From positions 371,219-435,218 of IMG/VR virus record IMGVR_UViG_3300037313_001869: 64,000 bases of DNA. One strand, written 5' to 3'. The notes beneath the pieces are model-generated. The model had not been told where the DNA came from, made no database searches, and worked only from the letters and a program-made list of their open reading frames with translations. This document shows positions 19,262-29,357 of this stretch, piece by piece; position 1 is the first letter of the stretch, and the number at the start of each line of letters is the position of its first letter. The translations under genes were made by a program, and so were the position numbers. Source of the DNA: a virus (taxonomy: Duplodnaviria > Caudoviricetes).

Positions 19262-19677
19262 TGCGCCTTCGCATCGACCCCCCTGGCGTGCTTGGAGGCG
19301 AGACGGGCCGGCTCATGGTCGACCTTGCCCTTTGCCCGGGCGAGGTCGTCCTCTACGCCTACCCCACCTACAAGGTCTACCGGGTCTATCGGTTCGTGAA
19401 AGACGAGGTCTTCGCCCCGGGGCCCAAATACGGCCTCCACTGCACCTACTGGCTCGGGTCGGACCCTGCCAAGGAAGACCGAGAGGTGGCCTACGAGGCG
19501 AGGCACCCGTCGGGCCTTCCGTTTCACTTCGCGATCGTACGGGGCGAGGGAGCCGTGAGGGTCCAGGTCTCGGCCAAGGGTCTGCCCTACGTGCTTGACG
19601 CCTCCCTCGACTTCTGGCCGAGGGGGAGCACGGGCGAGGGCGGGCCGCCCCGGTTCGATCGGGACGAGGTCCTATGA
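19261..19677 (+). CDS. RFxR-tail family protein
   Basis: ends PRFDRDEVL. Confidence 0.75.
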   Translation: MRLRIDPPGVLGGETGRLMVDLALCPGEVVLYAYPTYKVYRVYRFVKDEVFAPGPKYGLHCTYWLGSDPAKEDREVAYEARHPSGLPFHFAIVRGEGAVRVQVSAKGLPYVLDASLDFWPRGSTGEGGPPRFDRDEVL

Positions 19678-20084
19678 GGGTGCGCCTCTACAGTGGGGTC
19701 TTTGGCTGGACGGTCGAGATCAACCCTTGGTCGGACGAGGGCCGGCTCGTGCTCACGATGCCCGAGCGGTTTCGGCTGGTGAGGTATGGCCACGACGACA
19801 TCAAGGTGCCCGTGGCCCCGCTCCCAGGGGACGTGGACGCGGTCGGGCACAGCCACTTCGAGCTAGGGGCGAACGAGGGGGAAGAGGGCTTTCGCTACGA
19901 GGCCCAGGACGCAGGGGTCACGGCCGTGTTTCTCCTCTTCAAGGATTTCGGCGTCCTCGGCTCCCGCTATCTCTTCCGGGGCCGGGTCGAGGGGGGCGGG
20001 TTTCTTTGTGACACGGTCCTCCCCTGCCCGCCGAGGCTCGGGGGAGAGGGTGCGCCTCGGTTCGAGCGTCCCGAGGTGCTTTAG
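19674..20084 (+). CDS. RFxR-tail family protein
   Basis: ends PRFERPEVL. Confidence 0.75.
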   Translation: MRVRLYSGVFGWTVEINPWSDEGRLVLTMPERFRLVRYGHDDIKVPVAPLPGDVDAVGHSHFELGANEGEEGFRYEAQDAGVTAVFLLFKDFGVLGSRYLFRGRVEGGGFLCDTVLPCPPRLGGEGAPRFERPEVL

Positions 20085-20698
20085 ACGACTGCGACGCTGA
20101 CCATGGTGGCGTCGGGGTTCGCTCGGCTTCGCTGGGCGACGACCTTGGCTTTGACGGGGCCGAGGTCGTTGCGGACGACCTGCACGATGGCGTCGCGGTC
20201 TGCCCAGGGGCCGGCCTCGAAGGTGATGGTGAGGAGGTTCTTGCCCACCTTCAGATCGTCCGGCCCTACCTTGTAGCCCGCTTTGGCGAGGGCCCCCAGG
20301 AGCTTCTTGCCCAGGTCCTCTAGCCCCTCGGTCTGCTCGACGAAGTAGTGCATGGCCGCCCCGATGGCCATCTCGATGTCCGACATCAGCTCGACGCCCT
20401 TCTGATCCGTCATGGTCCGCTTGATGCCGGAGACCTCCTGGGCGAGGTCCGAGAGCAGGTCCTTTTCGGCGGTCCAGGGAGAAGAGGAAGCGCGGCGATC
20501 GTAATGGTAGGGGGCCATCGTGGTACGGTGGCCAAAAGTGGATTCGGGCTTCTGCTGGTGGGCGAGGACAGCTCGCACGTATTCTTGGGCAAAGATTTCT
20601 CGGTTCTCGGGGGTCGAGGCCGCCCGCATGAGAATCTCGAACTTCTCCTCCAAGGTGAACTCACGACCGGGCGAGGGTTTGTCTTGGTCTTCGCTCAT
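20081..20698 (-). CDS. hypothetical protein (possible second start near 20518, MAPYHYDRRA)
   Basis: open frame with typical codon bias in the C-terminal part. Confidence 0.6.
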   Translation of the reverse strand: MSEDQDKPSPGREFTLEEKFEILMRAASTPENREIFAQEYVRAVLAHQQKPESTFGHRTTMAPYHYDRRASSSPWTAEKDLLSDLAQEVSGIKRTMTDQKGVELMSDIEMAIGAAMHYFVEQTEGLEDLGKKLLGALAKAGYKVGPDDLKVGKNLLTITFEAGPWADRDAIVQVVRNDLGPVKAKVVAQRSRANPDATMVSVAVV

Positions 20699-20729
20699 GG
20701 GCCGAAAACATAACATCGGTGAGGCGTAC

Positions 20730-20936
20730 ATGGCTGCAAAAAGGCGTTCGGAGGTGCCCTTGGACGTGACCGGTCGTGTGCTTCGGATCGGGGACCGGGT
20801 CGAGTCGACGCCGGGGCTCTCTTCCGAGAGGGAGACGGGTGAGGTCGTGGGCGTGAAGGACACGCGGGTCGAGGTCCGCTACGACTCGACGGGCGTGATC
20901 TGGCGTTCGTCGGGGAAGCTCTGGCGGGCGGTGTAG
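20730..20936 (+). CDS. small SH3/KOW-like protein
   Basis: DVTGRVLRIGDRV..GEVVGV..VEVRYD. Confidence 0.6.
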   Translation: MAAKRRSEVPLDVTGRVLRIGDRVESTPGLSSERETGEVVGVKDTRVEVRYDSTGVIWRSSGKLWRAV

Positions 20937-20951
20937 GGGACGGCAGATCCC

Positions 20952-21347
20952 ATGCTCATCGACGTTGTCACTCCGCAGCGGTTCTGGATCTACGCAAACC
21001 GTTTCACGACCACGCTCGTCTTCACCGTGCCCGACGGGGGGAGGGTGACTCACGGGCAGCCCTTCACGGTCCCAGGCGAGGTGGGTCCTTCGTTCGAGGT
21101 CGCGCGCTCCTCGCTCCCGTCCGGAGCGGGGCACCGGATCGCTGTTTCTTGGTCGGCTCGTGGCAAGAGAGAGCGGCTCGCGTTCCGGCTCGTCGTGGCG
21201 GGCGAGGAAACCTGGCTCGACTTGCCCAACAGCGGGGGCGTCCTCTGGGTCCCTGGCTACGGCCGGATTCGCCGTATGAAGCAGGTGGAGCGGTACCAGC
21301 CTACGCCTCCGCCGCCTCCTCGGTTCGATCGGGGCGAGGTGCTCTGA
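20952..21347 (+). CDS. RFxR-tail family protein
   Basis: ends PRFDRGEVL; CGGTGTA upstream. Confidence 0.75.
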   Translation: MLIDVVTPQRFWIYANRFTTTLVFTVPDGGRVTHGQPFTVPGEVGPSFEVARSSLPSGAGHRIAVSWSARGKRERLAFRLVVAGEETWLDLPNSGGVLWVPGYGRIRRMKQVERYQPTPPPPPRFDRGEVL

Positions 21348-21754
21348 TGCGGATCAACCTGAACCCTTCCGAGGGGAAAGAGCCTGTGGTGCGGCCGTGG
21401 GAAGACCTGGGGAAGCTCGTCGTGACAACGGAGGCGCCGGCCGTCATGCAGCCCGTGGACATTCGGCTAAACCCCCTCGTGGGCCAGCCGTATAGCGGGT
21501 GGTTGATCTTTGAGATTCCCCGGCCCGAAAACGGGGTCTTTGGCTACTACATCCTGCCGGCCGAGGACAAGCCCTACCTCTACGCCATCCAAGCGCTGAT
21601 TCGCCAAGCCTTCGATGGTTTTGCGGAGTGGAACTTGCATATCGTCTCCTCGTCGGGGCCGTCCGTGCGGGTGCTCTTGCCCGACCGGGAGTGGCGCAGG
21701 CCCCTGCCTTCCGATGGGCGCCCGGCCCGTTTCGAGAGGTCCGATGTATTGTAA
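21347..21754 (+). CDS. RFxR-tail family protein
   Basis: ends ARFERSDVL. Confidence 0.75.
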   Translation: MRINLNPSEGKEPVVRPWEDLGKLVVTTEAPAVMQPVDIRLNPLVGQPYSGWLIFEIPRPENGVFGYYILPAEDKPYLYAIQALIRQAFDGFAEWNLHIVSSSGPSVRVLLPDREWRRPLPSDGRPARFERSDVL

Positions 21755-21778
21755 ACCTCTTGTCACTGGCGGGTGGGT

Positions 21779-23248
21779 ATGCCCCGCCTCTCGCCGCTCG
21801 CTTACAAGGTTGCCGCTGCCTACCGCCTGATCCGGGCGATGGACGAGAGCTTGTGGGACGGGGCCGTGGCGGCTCTGCAAGACTTCCAGGTCGAGGCCGA
21901 GAAGCTCCGCGACTTCGACATCACGACGCAGGAGGGCATGGAGACCTTGCGGCAAGCTCGGTTCTCGAACAAGAGCGTCAACAAGCTCGTCGGGGGTCTC
22001 GGCAAAGATCAGGGCTTCGTCGAATGGATGAAGGTGGCCCTGCCGAACCACAAGGACTGGGAACGCTCGCTCTACGGTTACATGCGAGCGGTGGCCGAGG
22101 GGGCGAACAAGCTCTTCGAGGCGGAGGGCCTGGGGGACCGGTCGACCGTTCTCCGGCCGCTCGAAACCTACGAGAAGGTCGTCTCCGATCTGGTCTCGAA
22201 GGTCGCCCCGGCCCGCCTCACCTACGACGGCTTCGCGGTCGATAACCCCGACCGTCTGCTCGAACCCACGGTCCGGGCCTTGCTCGGGGGCGTGGACTAC
22301 GTCCTTGCCCTCTTCAAGAAGCGTGGCCTCGAAGAGATGCTCCGCGACGGCCTTCGCGGGGGCATCGGGCTCTACGGCCGTCCTCCGGAGGGCAGTGACG
22401 CTGCCGGGCACTACTTCTCGACCAAGGGTCGTATCCAGCTCTACGCCGTCCACATGATCGGCGCCTCGGGCGGCAAGCTGATGCAGGACTGGATCGCCGA
22501 GGTCTTCCTCCATGAGTTCGGCCACCACGTTCACCTGTCCGTCATGCCCAAGGACGCCATGGAAGCGTGGAACGGGACGTGGGACGAGGTGAAGAGCGAG
22601 AAGAAGAAGCTCGAAGAGACCTTGCAGAGCATCACGGGGCCCGAGCGCATGAGGTACTGGAACCTCCTCGAAGCCGCGGGCTACCAGCCGAACAAGGCTG
22701 CGGCGAAGATGAAGCCGATCGACAAGCTGAAATTCGGCGTCTGGCTCCGCAACCCTCGCATCAACGGGCCCCTCATTACCCCGGCACAGTTCCGGCTCTC
22801 GAAGGAGGGGCAGGAATACTTCTCGTTCTTCCTCGACCCGGAGAAGTACCTTCGCGAGGAGCGCTTCACCACCAAGGAGCAGGACGGCGAAAAGGCGTAT
22901 GAGGACCTCTTCAACCGGGTTCAGCGCCAGCGCTACAGCCGGCTCGGGCTCCTCGACGCGGGCAACGACCCACTCCCGATCGCCATGGCCGAGGAGCTGA
23001 TGAAGGCGGACCCTTCGCTTCAGAAGGCCGTGGATGCCGCCCTCGACAAGCTCCAGCCCGTAACCGAGTACGCGAAGACCAACGAAAAAGAGGACTTCGC
23101 CGAGGCATTCGTGGCGTTCGTGGCCGCGCCGGAGAAGCTCACGCCTTCGGCGAAGTTCCGGATGCAGCGGGCCCTCTCGCTCGCCGGTCTTTACGGCAAA
23201 TCCCTGGGCCGCGTCTCTTCCAAAAAGCCCGACATCGATCCTGCGTGA
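21779..23248 (+). CDS. zincin-like metallopeptidase domain protein with SPLxxKVA leader
   Basis: FLHEFGHHVH (HExxH) and distal TEYAKTNEKEDFAEAF. Confidence 0.8.
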   Translation: MPRLSPLAYKVAAAYRLIRAMDESLWDGAVAALQDFQVEAEKLRDFDITTQEGMETLRQARFSNKSVNKLVGGLGKDQGFVEWMKVALPNHKDWERSLYGYMRAVAEGANKLFEAEGLGDRSTVLRPLETYEKVVSDLVSKVAPARLTYDGFAVDNPDRLLEPTVRALLGGVDYVLALFKKRGLEEMLRDGLRGGIGLYGRPPEGSDAAGHYFSTKGRIQLYAVHMIGASGGKLMQDWIAEVFLHEFGHHVHLSVMPKDAMEAWNGTWDEVKSEKKKLEETLQSITGPERMRYWNLLEAAGYQPNKAAAKMKPIDKLKFGVWLRNPRINGPLITPAQFRLSKEGQEYFSFFLDPEKYLREERFTTKEQDGEKAYEDLFNRVQRQRYSRLGLLDAGNDPLPIAMAEELMKADPSLQKAVDAALDKLQPVTEYAKTNEKEDFAEAFVAFVAAPEKLTPSAKFRMQRALSLAGLYGKSLGRVSSKKPDIDPA

Positions 23249-23301
23249 CCTTCGCCCGGTGTAAAACCGGGCATGAGCGCGATCTCCCGGGCGGCTGAGC
23301 C

Positions 23302-23724
23302 ATGCGGGTGACGGTCCTTCCGTCCCGTCCCGGCCTCCAAACCAAGGTCTCATCGGTCCGGGTCGACCCGACCCTCGACAGGGGTTTGGTCCTGGTCGCT
23401 CCCGAGAGCTACCGGCTGATCGCCGCTCGCTCGTCGGTGGATAGCCACCTCGCCGTGCCTTTCCGCACTGTCAACGCCCTCTCCTACTACGAGCTGGGCT
23501 ACGATGAGGGGGCCGACCGGGCCACCTACAGCCTCTATCACCACGAGACGGTCACGACCCAGACGCGGCTTTCCATCGTGGGCGTGGCCGGCGACAGCGA
23601 GTGGTCACTCTTGATCGAGCCCCCCGAGGCCGCGATCGTGGTGGCTGTGCTGGGTACCGACAAGCCGAAGCTCGGGAGGGTGCGGCTCGAAGCCTCTCGG
23701 TTCGATCGGGAAGGGGTGCTCTGA
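23302..23724 (+). CDS. RFxR-tail family protein
   Basis: ends SRFDREGVL. Confidence 0.75.
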   Translation: MRVTVLPSRPGLQTKVSSVRVDPTLDRGLVLVAPESYRLIAARSSVDSHLAVPFRTVNALSYYELGYDEGADRATYSLYHHETVTTQTRLSIVGVAGDSEWSLLIEPPEAAIVVAVLGTDKPKLGRVRLEASRFDREGVL

Positions 23725-24116
23725 TGCTCATCGACTTTCGGAACCTCGCCACCCCTCGGATCGAGCAGCCCTGGCAGGGCCGGGTCTTGCTTCAGGGGGA
23801 GGAAGGGTGCCAGGGCCTCGTGGTCATGCCTACGACGCTCAACCTCGGCGGGGGCGTCTTCGAGATCGTGCCCCCTGAGCCCAACGAGGGCCTGGCAGAG
23901 ATGCAGTGGGACTACACGTTCCGGCCCACGGCGCAGGCCGCGCCCACGATCCTCATCTCGCTATTTGCCTGGCAGAGGTTCCGCTTCTGTACTCGCTGGG
24001 TCTGGGAAATCCGCTGGGAGATGAACCAGCAGCTCTCGAAAAACTGGTACTATCGCGGGCGCCTGAACGGCCTCACCACACAGCCCTCGCGCTACCTCCG
24101 GGACGAGGTGCTCTAA
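23724..24116 (+). CDS. RFxR-tail family protein
   Basis: ends SRYLRDEVL. Confidence 0.75.
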   Translation: MLIDFRNLATPRIEQPWQGRVLLQGEEGCQGLVVMPTTLNLGGGVFEIVPPEPNEGLAEMQWDYTFRPTAQAAPTILISLFAWQRFRFCTRWVWEIRWEMNQQLSKNWYYRGRLNGLTTQPSRYLRDEVL

Positions 24117-24466
24117 TGCTCCTCGACTTCACCTGCGACCGTCCGAGGCCGCACCCCGATAAGTGCCTGGGCCGGCTCATTCTCCGGTGCGAGGAGGGGG
24201 CCGAGGGCCTTCATTCGGGGGGCATCAATCTGGGCCGTGGGCTCTTCGAGATCCCTTGCCCCGAGTTTGACAAGGGCAAGGGCCGTGGGTCCTGGACCTA
24301 CCGCCTGAAGGCGAAGATCGGCCCGGGCGGGCACCATTTCGTTTCGCTCGTGTGGCATGGGACCTTCTGGCGCGTGTCGTTCACGGCCCAGCACGGGGGC
24401 AGCTCCTACCCCCTTATCAACTTCCACCCGATGCCTTCGCGGTTCGAGAGGGAGGAGATCCTGTGA
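24116..24466 (+). CDS. RFxR-tail family protein
   Basis: TAATG coupling; ends SRFEREEIL. Confidence 0.75.
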   Translation: MLLDFTCDRPRPHPDKCLGRLILRCEEGAEGLHSGGINLGRGLFEIPCPEFDKGKGRGSWTYRLKAKIGPGGHHFVSLVWHGTFWRVSFTAQHGGSSYPLINFHPMPSRFEREEIL

Positions 24467-24912
24467 GGATCGTGATCGACCCAGCCATGATCGTGAAAAA
24501 CCAGTTCGGGCGGGACGAGCACCGGATCGAGCTTCTCGAAGAAGACCTCGGGCAGGTAGCGCTTTACGTTCCTCCGGTCTTCGAGCTTCAGCGGGGAGGG
24601 CTCCCGGTACCCAGCGTCGAGGCCGGGTCGTGGCGTCGCTACGAGCTTGGGGTCTATACGGACGAGGCCCGGGCCACCTACCACCTACGGGGGCCGACCA
24701 TGGGTCCCAGACAGCTCGCTTGGGTTCGGATCAATCTCTTTCGCGAGTCCTACCCGGACGCCCAGGGCGTCGAGGTCCAAGGGCTCGTGGGGACGCTACA
24801 CACGGCCGGCGGGGTTGTGCGGGTCTTCGTGGCCAAGCCGGTCTCGCCCCCGTCGTGGCATCCACGGGCACCCTCGGCAGCGACCCGCTTCGAGAGAGAC
24901 GGGGTGCTCTGA
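24463..24912 (+). CDS. RFxR-tail family protein
   Basis: ends TRFERDGVL. Confidence 0.75.
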   Translation: MRIVIDPAMIVKNQFGRDEHRIELLEEDLGQVALYVPPVFELQRGGLPVPSVEAGSWRRYELGVYTDEARATYHLRGPTMGPRQLAWVRINLFRESYPDAQGVEVQGLVGTLHTAGGVVRVFVAKPVSPPSWHPRAPSAATRFERDGVL

Positions 24913-25298
24913 TGCTCGTCTATGTTGGCCCGAGCCACTCGCAGCCCACGGTCACCTTCGAGACGTTCGCCTACCCGAACGAGCTGGTCTTCGAGCTGGA
25001 CGATCACCTCCGGCTCTTCCCCGAGCAAGGTGACCGGCTGGAGAGGTCGGTCGATGGCCATACCCCATGGCGAATCAAGCTCCCGAAAGGATGCGACGAG
25101 GGCTACAACCTCGACCTTCAGACAGCGCCCAAGGGGCAGAAGACCCACCTCGAAATTCGTTTGCGAAAGCAGGATGGCGTGGGGACCTGGCGCGTCACGG
25201 TCGTCTACGGCGTCATGTTCACGTCCCTCCTTTTTCTCTGGCACCCGACGAAGGAGGCCCCACCGCCTCTCCGCTTCGAGCGGGAAGGGGTCCTCTGA
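24912..25298 (+). CDS. RFxR-tail family protein
   Basis: ends LRFEREGVL. Confidence 0.75.
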   Translation: MLVYVGPSHSQPTVTFETFAYPNELVFELDDHLRLFPEQGDRLERSVDGHTPWRIKLPKGCDEGYNLDLQTAPKGQKTHLEIRLRKQDGVGTWRVTVVYGVMFTSLLFLWHPTKEAPPPLRFEREGVL

Positions 25299-25762
25299 TG
25301 CTCGTCATCTTGACCCGGCTCATCGCCGACTATGCCGAGGGTCCCTTGCCCCTTCAGGGTCCGCCCTACATCGATTTGCGTGCCTGCCCGGGAAGGGTCC
25401 GGATCGCAGTGCCGTGCGTGCATCTGGTCACGATCGACCGGCAGAGCCGGTACGGTACCCGGACGCTCAACATCCCCGAAAACGAGGGCATCTACCAGCT
25501 CTACTCGGTCGGCTACCGGCCGGGCGAAGAGGGCCAAGAGGTGGTCCACCGCGCGTGGGCGAGGGAGAGTGGCAAGGTGCTGGAAGCGTGGGTGACGCTC
25601 GACAAGGAAGCCCGGCCCGATCCCGCTCAGGTCGTCACGGTGCGGCACGGGTTTCCTGCGAAGGTCATCGCTCGTGTGTTCCTCGGCGAGGACTACGACC
25701 TCGACTACCAGGAAGAGATCCCGCGGGAGGGCGAGAGCCCCTCTCGCTTCGCGAGGCTCTGA
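25298..25762 (+). CDS. RFxR-tail family protein
   Basis: ends SRFARL. Confidence 0.7.
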   Translation: MLVILTRLIADYAEGPLPLQGPPYIDLRACPGRVRIAVPCVHLVTIDRQSRYGTRTLNIPENEGIYQLYSVGYRPGEEGQEVVHRAWARESGKVLEAWVTLDKEARPDPAQVVTVRHGFPAKVIARVFLGEDYDLDYQEEIPREGESPSRFARL

Positions 25763-26181
25763 TGCTGGTCGAGGTCAGCGTTCGGCATCGGATCGACCCG
25801 GGCCTGCACCCGGGCGAGATCCGGCTTCGTGTGAGACCCAGCTACACGGTGAACGGGCCCGAAGGCCGGCTCGCGTCCGTTCACAGGGTCCCGAACGATG
25901 GGATGCGATTCGGCTTCGCGGACTACCTGCTCGCTCCGCCTCGGCCCGGACTTGACGTGGCCGAGTATCACATCTGCGGGCCCGAAGGCGGGTGGCCTAT
26001 CTCGCACGTACAGCTCTTCTGGGAGACGAGCGAAGGCAAGGTCATCTGGTGGGTGAAGTCTGACGGCCTTTCGGTCCGAGCCTACGACTTTCAGCCCGGC
26101 ATGACCATCGAGGGCGGGAGCCTGGTCTCTCCCGAGACGCCCGACCGTTTCTCTCGCGTGGGGGATAAAGACCCGTTCTGA
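25762..26181 (+). CDS. RFxR-tail family protein
   Basis: ends DRFSRVGDKDPF. Confidence 0.7.
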   Translation: MLVEVSVRHRIDPGLHPGEIRLRVRPSYTVNGPEGRLASVHRVPNDGMRFGFADYLLAPPRPGLDVAEYHICGPEGGWPISHVQLFWETSEGKVIWWVKSDGLSVRAYDFQPGMTIEGGSLVSPETPDRFSRVGDKDPF

Positions 26182-26213
26182 GTCTCGCCTCCCCGGTGTA
26201 AGGGACGCCCACA

Positions 26214-27365
26214 ATGGCGAGAACACCTTGGTGGCAGGCGCGGACGTACCCCTCGTTCGGCGATCACTTTTCTTTCACCGTCAACTGGTATCGCACGGTG
26301 GCCGTCCAGGCGGCCTTCGAGGGCGGCCCCCCGTGTCTCCTCGGTCGTCGCAACGGCGTGCTCACCAAGGGCCATGACGAGGCCGTCAAGGAGCTGGTCG
26401 AGGCGCTCGGGGTTCGGGTCGTGCTCGACGATCGCGACGAGCTGGGCCGGGGGACGATCGGCCTCGGCTCCCATGACATGCAGGTCGTCTTGACCCTCTG
26501 GGGCTCGCCGTCGAACATGACCGGGGACCTTCAGTTCACCTGCGTGAGCCCGGAGCTGCTCTCGAAGGCCCGCGACCTCTCGAAGCACCTGCTCCGGCCC
26601 CCGTCGAAGGAGGGAGGTCCGGTCTTCGCTCTCACGAAGAACGGCGACGACTACGACACGACGCGCATCGGTACAGCCGGTTCGCCCCTGGAGCGCGGAA
26701 ACTACGGCGCCAAGGTCCTCGAAGACTACGACCACCTGGTCAAGGACCTCGGGGCGAAGACGCCCTGCGGCCGGCTCGTCATCTTCTCGGGCGAGCCTGG
26801 CACGGGCAAGACCTTCCTGGTCCGCTCGCTCCTCTTGAACGTGAAGGACGCCACCTTCCTGCTCGTGCCCCCGCACCTGATGGCGAACCTCGGCGACCCC
26901 GAGCTGATCTCGGTCCTTGCCGGGGCCCGCGAGGGGAAGGGTCCGCTGGTCATCCTGGCCGAGGACGCCGACGACTGCCTCGTTCCGCGCGAGGACGGGG
27001 ACCACGTCGACCTCGAAAACATCCAGGCCGTCCTGAACCTCGGCGACGGCATCCTCGGCAGCGTGCTCGACGTGCGCGTGGTCATCACGACCAACGCCCC
27101 GCGCATGAAGATGGACCGGGCGGCCATCCGGCCCGGCCGTCTCTGCAAGCACCTGCACGTCGATGCGCTGAGCCCCAAGGAGGCCGAAGCGGTTCTCGAC
27201 CGGCTTCTCGTGACCCGTGAGCCGAGCATGGTCCCGGTCTTCTCCGACGCGACCCCGCTCGCGCAGGTCTACGCCAAGGCGCGGCAGATGGGGTGGGTAC
27301 CGCCCGAGCCCCCGTCCGACGACGCAGAGGAAGAGGTTGACAGCGACGACTCCTACCCGGGCTGA
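26214..27365 (+). CDS. AAA-family ATPase
   Basis: Walker A GEPGTGKT, Walker B VILAEDAD, sensor TTN, second region of homology AAIRPGRL. Confidence 0.9.
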   Translation: MARTPWWQARTYPSFGDHFSFTVNWYRTVAVQAAFEGGPPCLLGRRNGVLTKGHDEAVKELVEALGVRVVLDDRDELGRGTIGLGSHDMQVVLTLWGSPSNMTGDLQFTCVSPELLSKARDLSKHLLRPPSKEGGPVFALTKNGDDYDTTRIGTAGSPLERGNYGAKVLEDYDHLVKDLGAKTPCGRLVIFSGEPGTGKTFLVRSLLLNVKDATFLLVPPHLMANLGDPELISVLAGAREGKGPLVILAEDADDCLVPREDGDHVDLENIQAVLNLGDGILGSVLDVRVVITTNAPRMKMDRAAIRPGRLCKHLHVDALSPKEAEAVLDRLLVTREPSMVPVFSDATPLAQVYAKARQMGWVPPEPPSDDAEEEVDSDDSYPG

Positions 27366-27446
27366 CCCTCTCTCTGAAGCCCCGTGAGCCCCGGTCTCTT
27401 TTGCAGAAAAGAGACCGGGGCTTTTTCGTTTGGTGTAGGAAAAACC

Positions 27447-27722
27447 ATGGCCAACCCGCCACCTCCGGTCGTCCCGCTCACCGAAGAAGAGTTCCAGGCG
27501 CGGCTCGTGAAGTACCGGCCCGACCCGCCTGCCAAGCCCATGACAGATGAGGAGATCCAGCGCGGGATTCTCTATGCTGCGATCATGGCCCTCAACATCC
27601 GGTCGGCCGAGAAGCTCGACATGATCCAGGAGATTGCGATCCTTCGGGGCTGCGTGGCTCAGCTCTGGCACGCGATCGAGGACATGCACGAGGGCCGGGT
27701 TCCCGGTTCGGGAAGGCGGTAG
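27447..27722 (+). CDS. hypothetical protein
   Basis: GGTGTA-AGGA upstream of ATG. Confidence 0.6.
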   Translation: MANPPPPVVPLTEEEFQARLVKYRPDPPAKPMTDEEIQRGILYAAIMALNIRSAEKLDMIQEIAILRGCVAQLWHAIEDMHEGRVPGSGRR

Positions 27723-27727
27723 GCCCC

Positions 27728-28135
27728 GTGTTCCTGCTCTACATGCACGGCCACCTCGGGATGAACCTCCGGTCGATGGCGGGGGTGTTTGCGGTCGTCC
27801 TCCCGCAGGGCGAGGTGACCGTGGAGGGCCCCAACCTCACCTTCTTGCCCGAGCCGCTTCGTCCTTCGGGGTTCGACGATCAAGAGTTCTACGAGATCGG
27901 CGAGCCGAGCGAAGAAGAGCGGAAGCGCGGCCGGGTCTATTACCGGATCTCGGGCGAAGGGCAACCGACCGTCGAGTTCGAGCTGGTCTACAACCTCTCG
28001 GCTTGGTTTCTCGCCATGGGCCCTGATGCGGCCCAGATCCGCGTGGCGTTCGATGCCCGGGCCGATGCCGGCTGGGGCGTTCCTCGGGACCCGAGCGGCG
28101 TGCCGCCTCGGTTTGATCGGGAGTCGCCCCTGTGA
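27728..28135 (+). CDS. RFxR-tail family protein
   Basis: ends PRFDRESPL. Confidence 0.75.
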   Translation: MFLLYMHGHLGMNLRSMAGVFAVVLPQGEVTVEGPNLTFLPEPLRPSGFDDQEFYEIGEPSEEERKRGRVYYRISGEGQPTVEFELVYNLSAWFLAMGPDAAQIRVAFDARADAGWGVPRDPSGVPPRFDRESPL

Positions 28136-28509
28136 TCCTCTCCTACCGCCACGAGTACCCGTGCCTTGCGACCCACCTAGCGAAGGGCCGGTTTCTCGTC
28201 GAACTCATCCCTGGTGGCAAGGTCACAGGCCCGGCTGTGCGCAAGCTCCCTGACCGCGACGGCCCGGTGTTCTACCATGTCTCCAAGCCCCCGGGCGCCG
28301 AGCCCTTGGCCGAGTACGAGGCGAGCTGGCCTCACATTCGGGGGCGCAGGAAGGTCAAATTTGAGGTTTGCCGGGCGGCGATCGTGTGGGTCGTCACGTT
28401 CCGTTTCAAGGGTGAGCCCATCGAGATCCTGATCCACGAAAACGAGCTTGGCTGGGGGCCTCGTGATCCCCAAGGGCCCGAACGCTTCGAGCGAGAAGAG
28501 GTGCTTTGA
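28132..28509 (+). CDS. RFxR-tail family protein
   Basis: ends ERFEREEVL. Confidence 0.75.
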   Translation: MILSYRHEYPCLATHLAKGRFLVELIPGGKVTGPAVRKLPDRDGPVFYHVSKPPGAEPLAEYEASWPHIRGRRKVKFEVCRAAIVWVVTFRFKGEPIEILIHENELGWGPRDPQGPERFEREEVL

Positions 28510-28943
28510 TGCGCGTCTATATGGTGGCCAACGCCCTGAGGCAGGGCTTCGATGTTTCGGTCGACCTCGACCCTTCGCGCGACCCGCAGCAGTTCCGGGT
28601 CGAGCTAGCCAGGGATCTTTTTCTCCGGGGCCAGGACTTCGCCGAGCCTGTGTCCGGCGCCGACAACAACGGCCAGCTCTGGCGCCTCGCCTACCCCTCC
28701 GGAGGCTTCTCCGAGTTCGAGGTCTTGCATCGGGACCTCGACGATCGCGCGGCACGGGTTGCTGTGCTCTCTTTCAGCCATGGCAACGAGAGCGACATGT
28801 GGTCGGTCCGCGTCACGGCCAACTCGTGTAACATCTCGGTACCCTTCAAGTGGACGCCGATCGGCGTGGTTCGCCCCTGGCAACCGAAGGGCCCACCCAC
28901 CCTCGACCCTCCGGCCCGCTTCGACCGCGGAGAGGTGCTCTGA
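28509..28943 (+). CDS. RFxR-tail family protein
   Basis: ends ARFDRGEVL. Confidence 0.75.
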   Translation: MRVYMVANALRQGFDVSVDLDPSRDPQQFRVELARDLFLRGQDFAEPVSGADNNGQLWRLAYPSGGFSEFEVLHRDLDDRAARVAVLSFSHGNESDMWSVRVTANSCNISVPFKWTPIGVVRPWQPKGPPTLDPPARFDRGEVL

Positions 28944-29329
28944 TGCTGGTCTCGGCGCAGGGGCCGCTCGTGGACCCCACGGTCTACCCCGGGCGGCTCG
29001 TTCTTGTTCTCCACCAGGGCCATCAGCTTTTCTATCCTAACGGAGAGCCCCACCCGATCTGGATCAGGAACGAGAACTACTACTGCATCGTACCGCCGTC
29101 GCTCGCTCCTTCCGTCGACATGGAGTGGCGCTACCCGGTGAAGTGGAAGAAGCGCAACGGCCATGCCGAGGCGAACCATTTCAAGCTCACCTACGAGGGC
29201 TCGTCCCGCTGGGTGGTCTGGTCTCCCTGGGGTGGTGTTCGGGCCGTGATCCCGGGCTACGGCAGCGAGATCGACAATCACAAAGAAGGGCCCCCGGCTC
29301 CGCGCTTCGAGAGGGACGACGTTCTCTAG
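28943..29329 (+). CDS. RFxR-tail family protein
   Basis: ends PRFERDDVL. Confidence 0.75.
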   Translation: MLVSAQGPLVDPTVYPGRLVLVLHQGHQLFYPNGEPHPIWIRNENYYCIVPPSLAPSVDMEWRYPVKWKKRNGHAEANHFKLTYEGSSRWVVWSPWGGVRAVIPGYGSEIDNHKEGPPAPRFERDDVL

Positions 29330-29357
29330 GATTTTTCCGGTGTCTTGAGGGGGCGCC

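Noticed and set aside
20081-20863. Another TTA-split fusion
   Set aside because: Looks like two parts (MSEDQ.. and MAPY..) but has no in-frame TTA; left as one ORF and noted as a caveat.
21467-23353. Long antisense ORFs (also 26091..27689, 39870..41126, 57749..59188)
   Set aside because: Shadows of real genes, expected at high GC; no motifs or start signals.
26160-26181. SSB C-terminal mimic (GDKDPF)
   Set aside because: Single weak instance.
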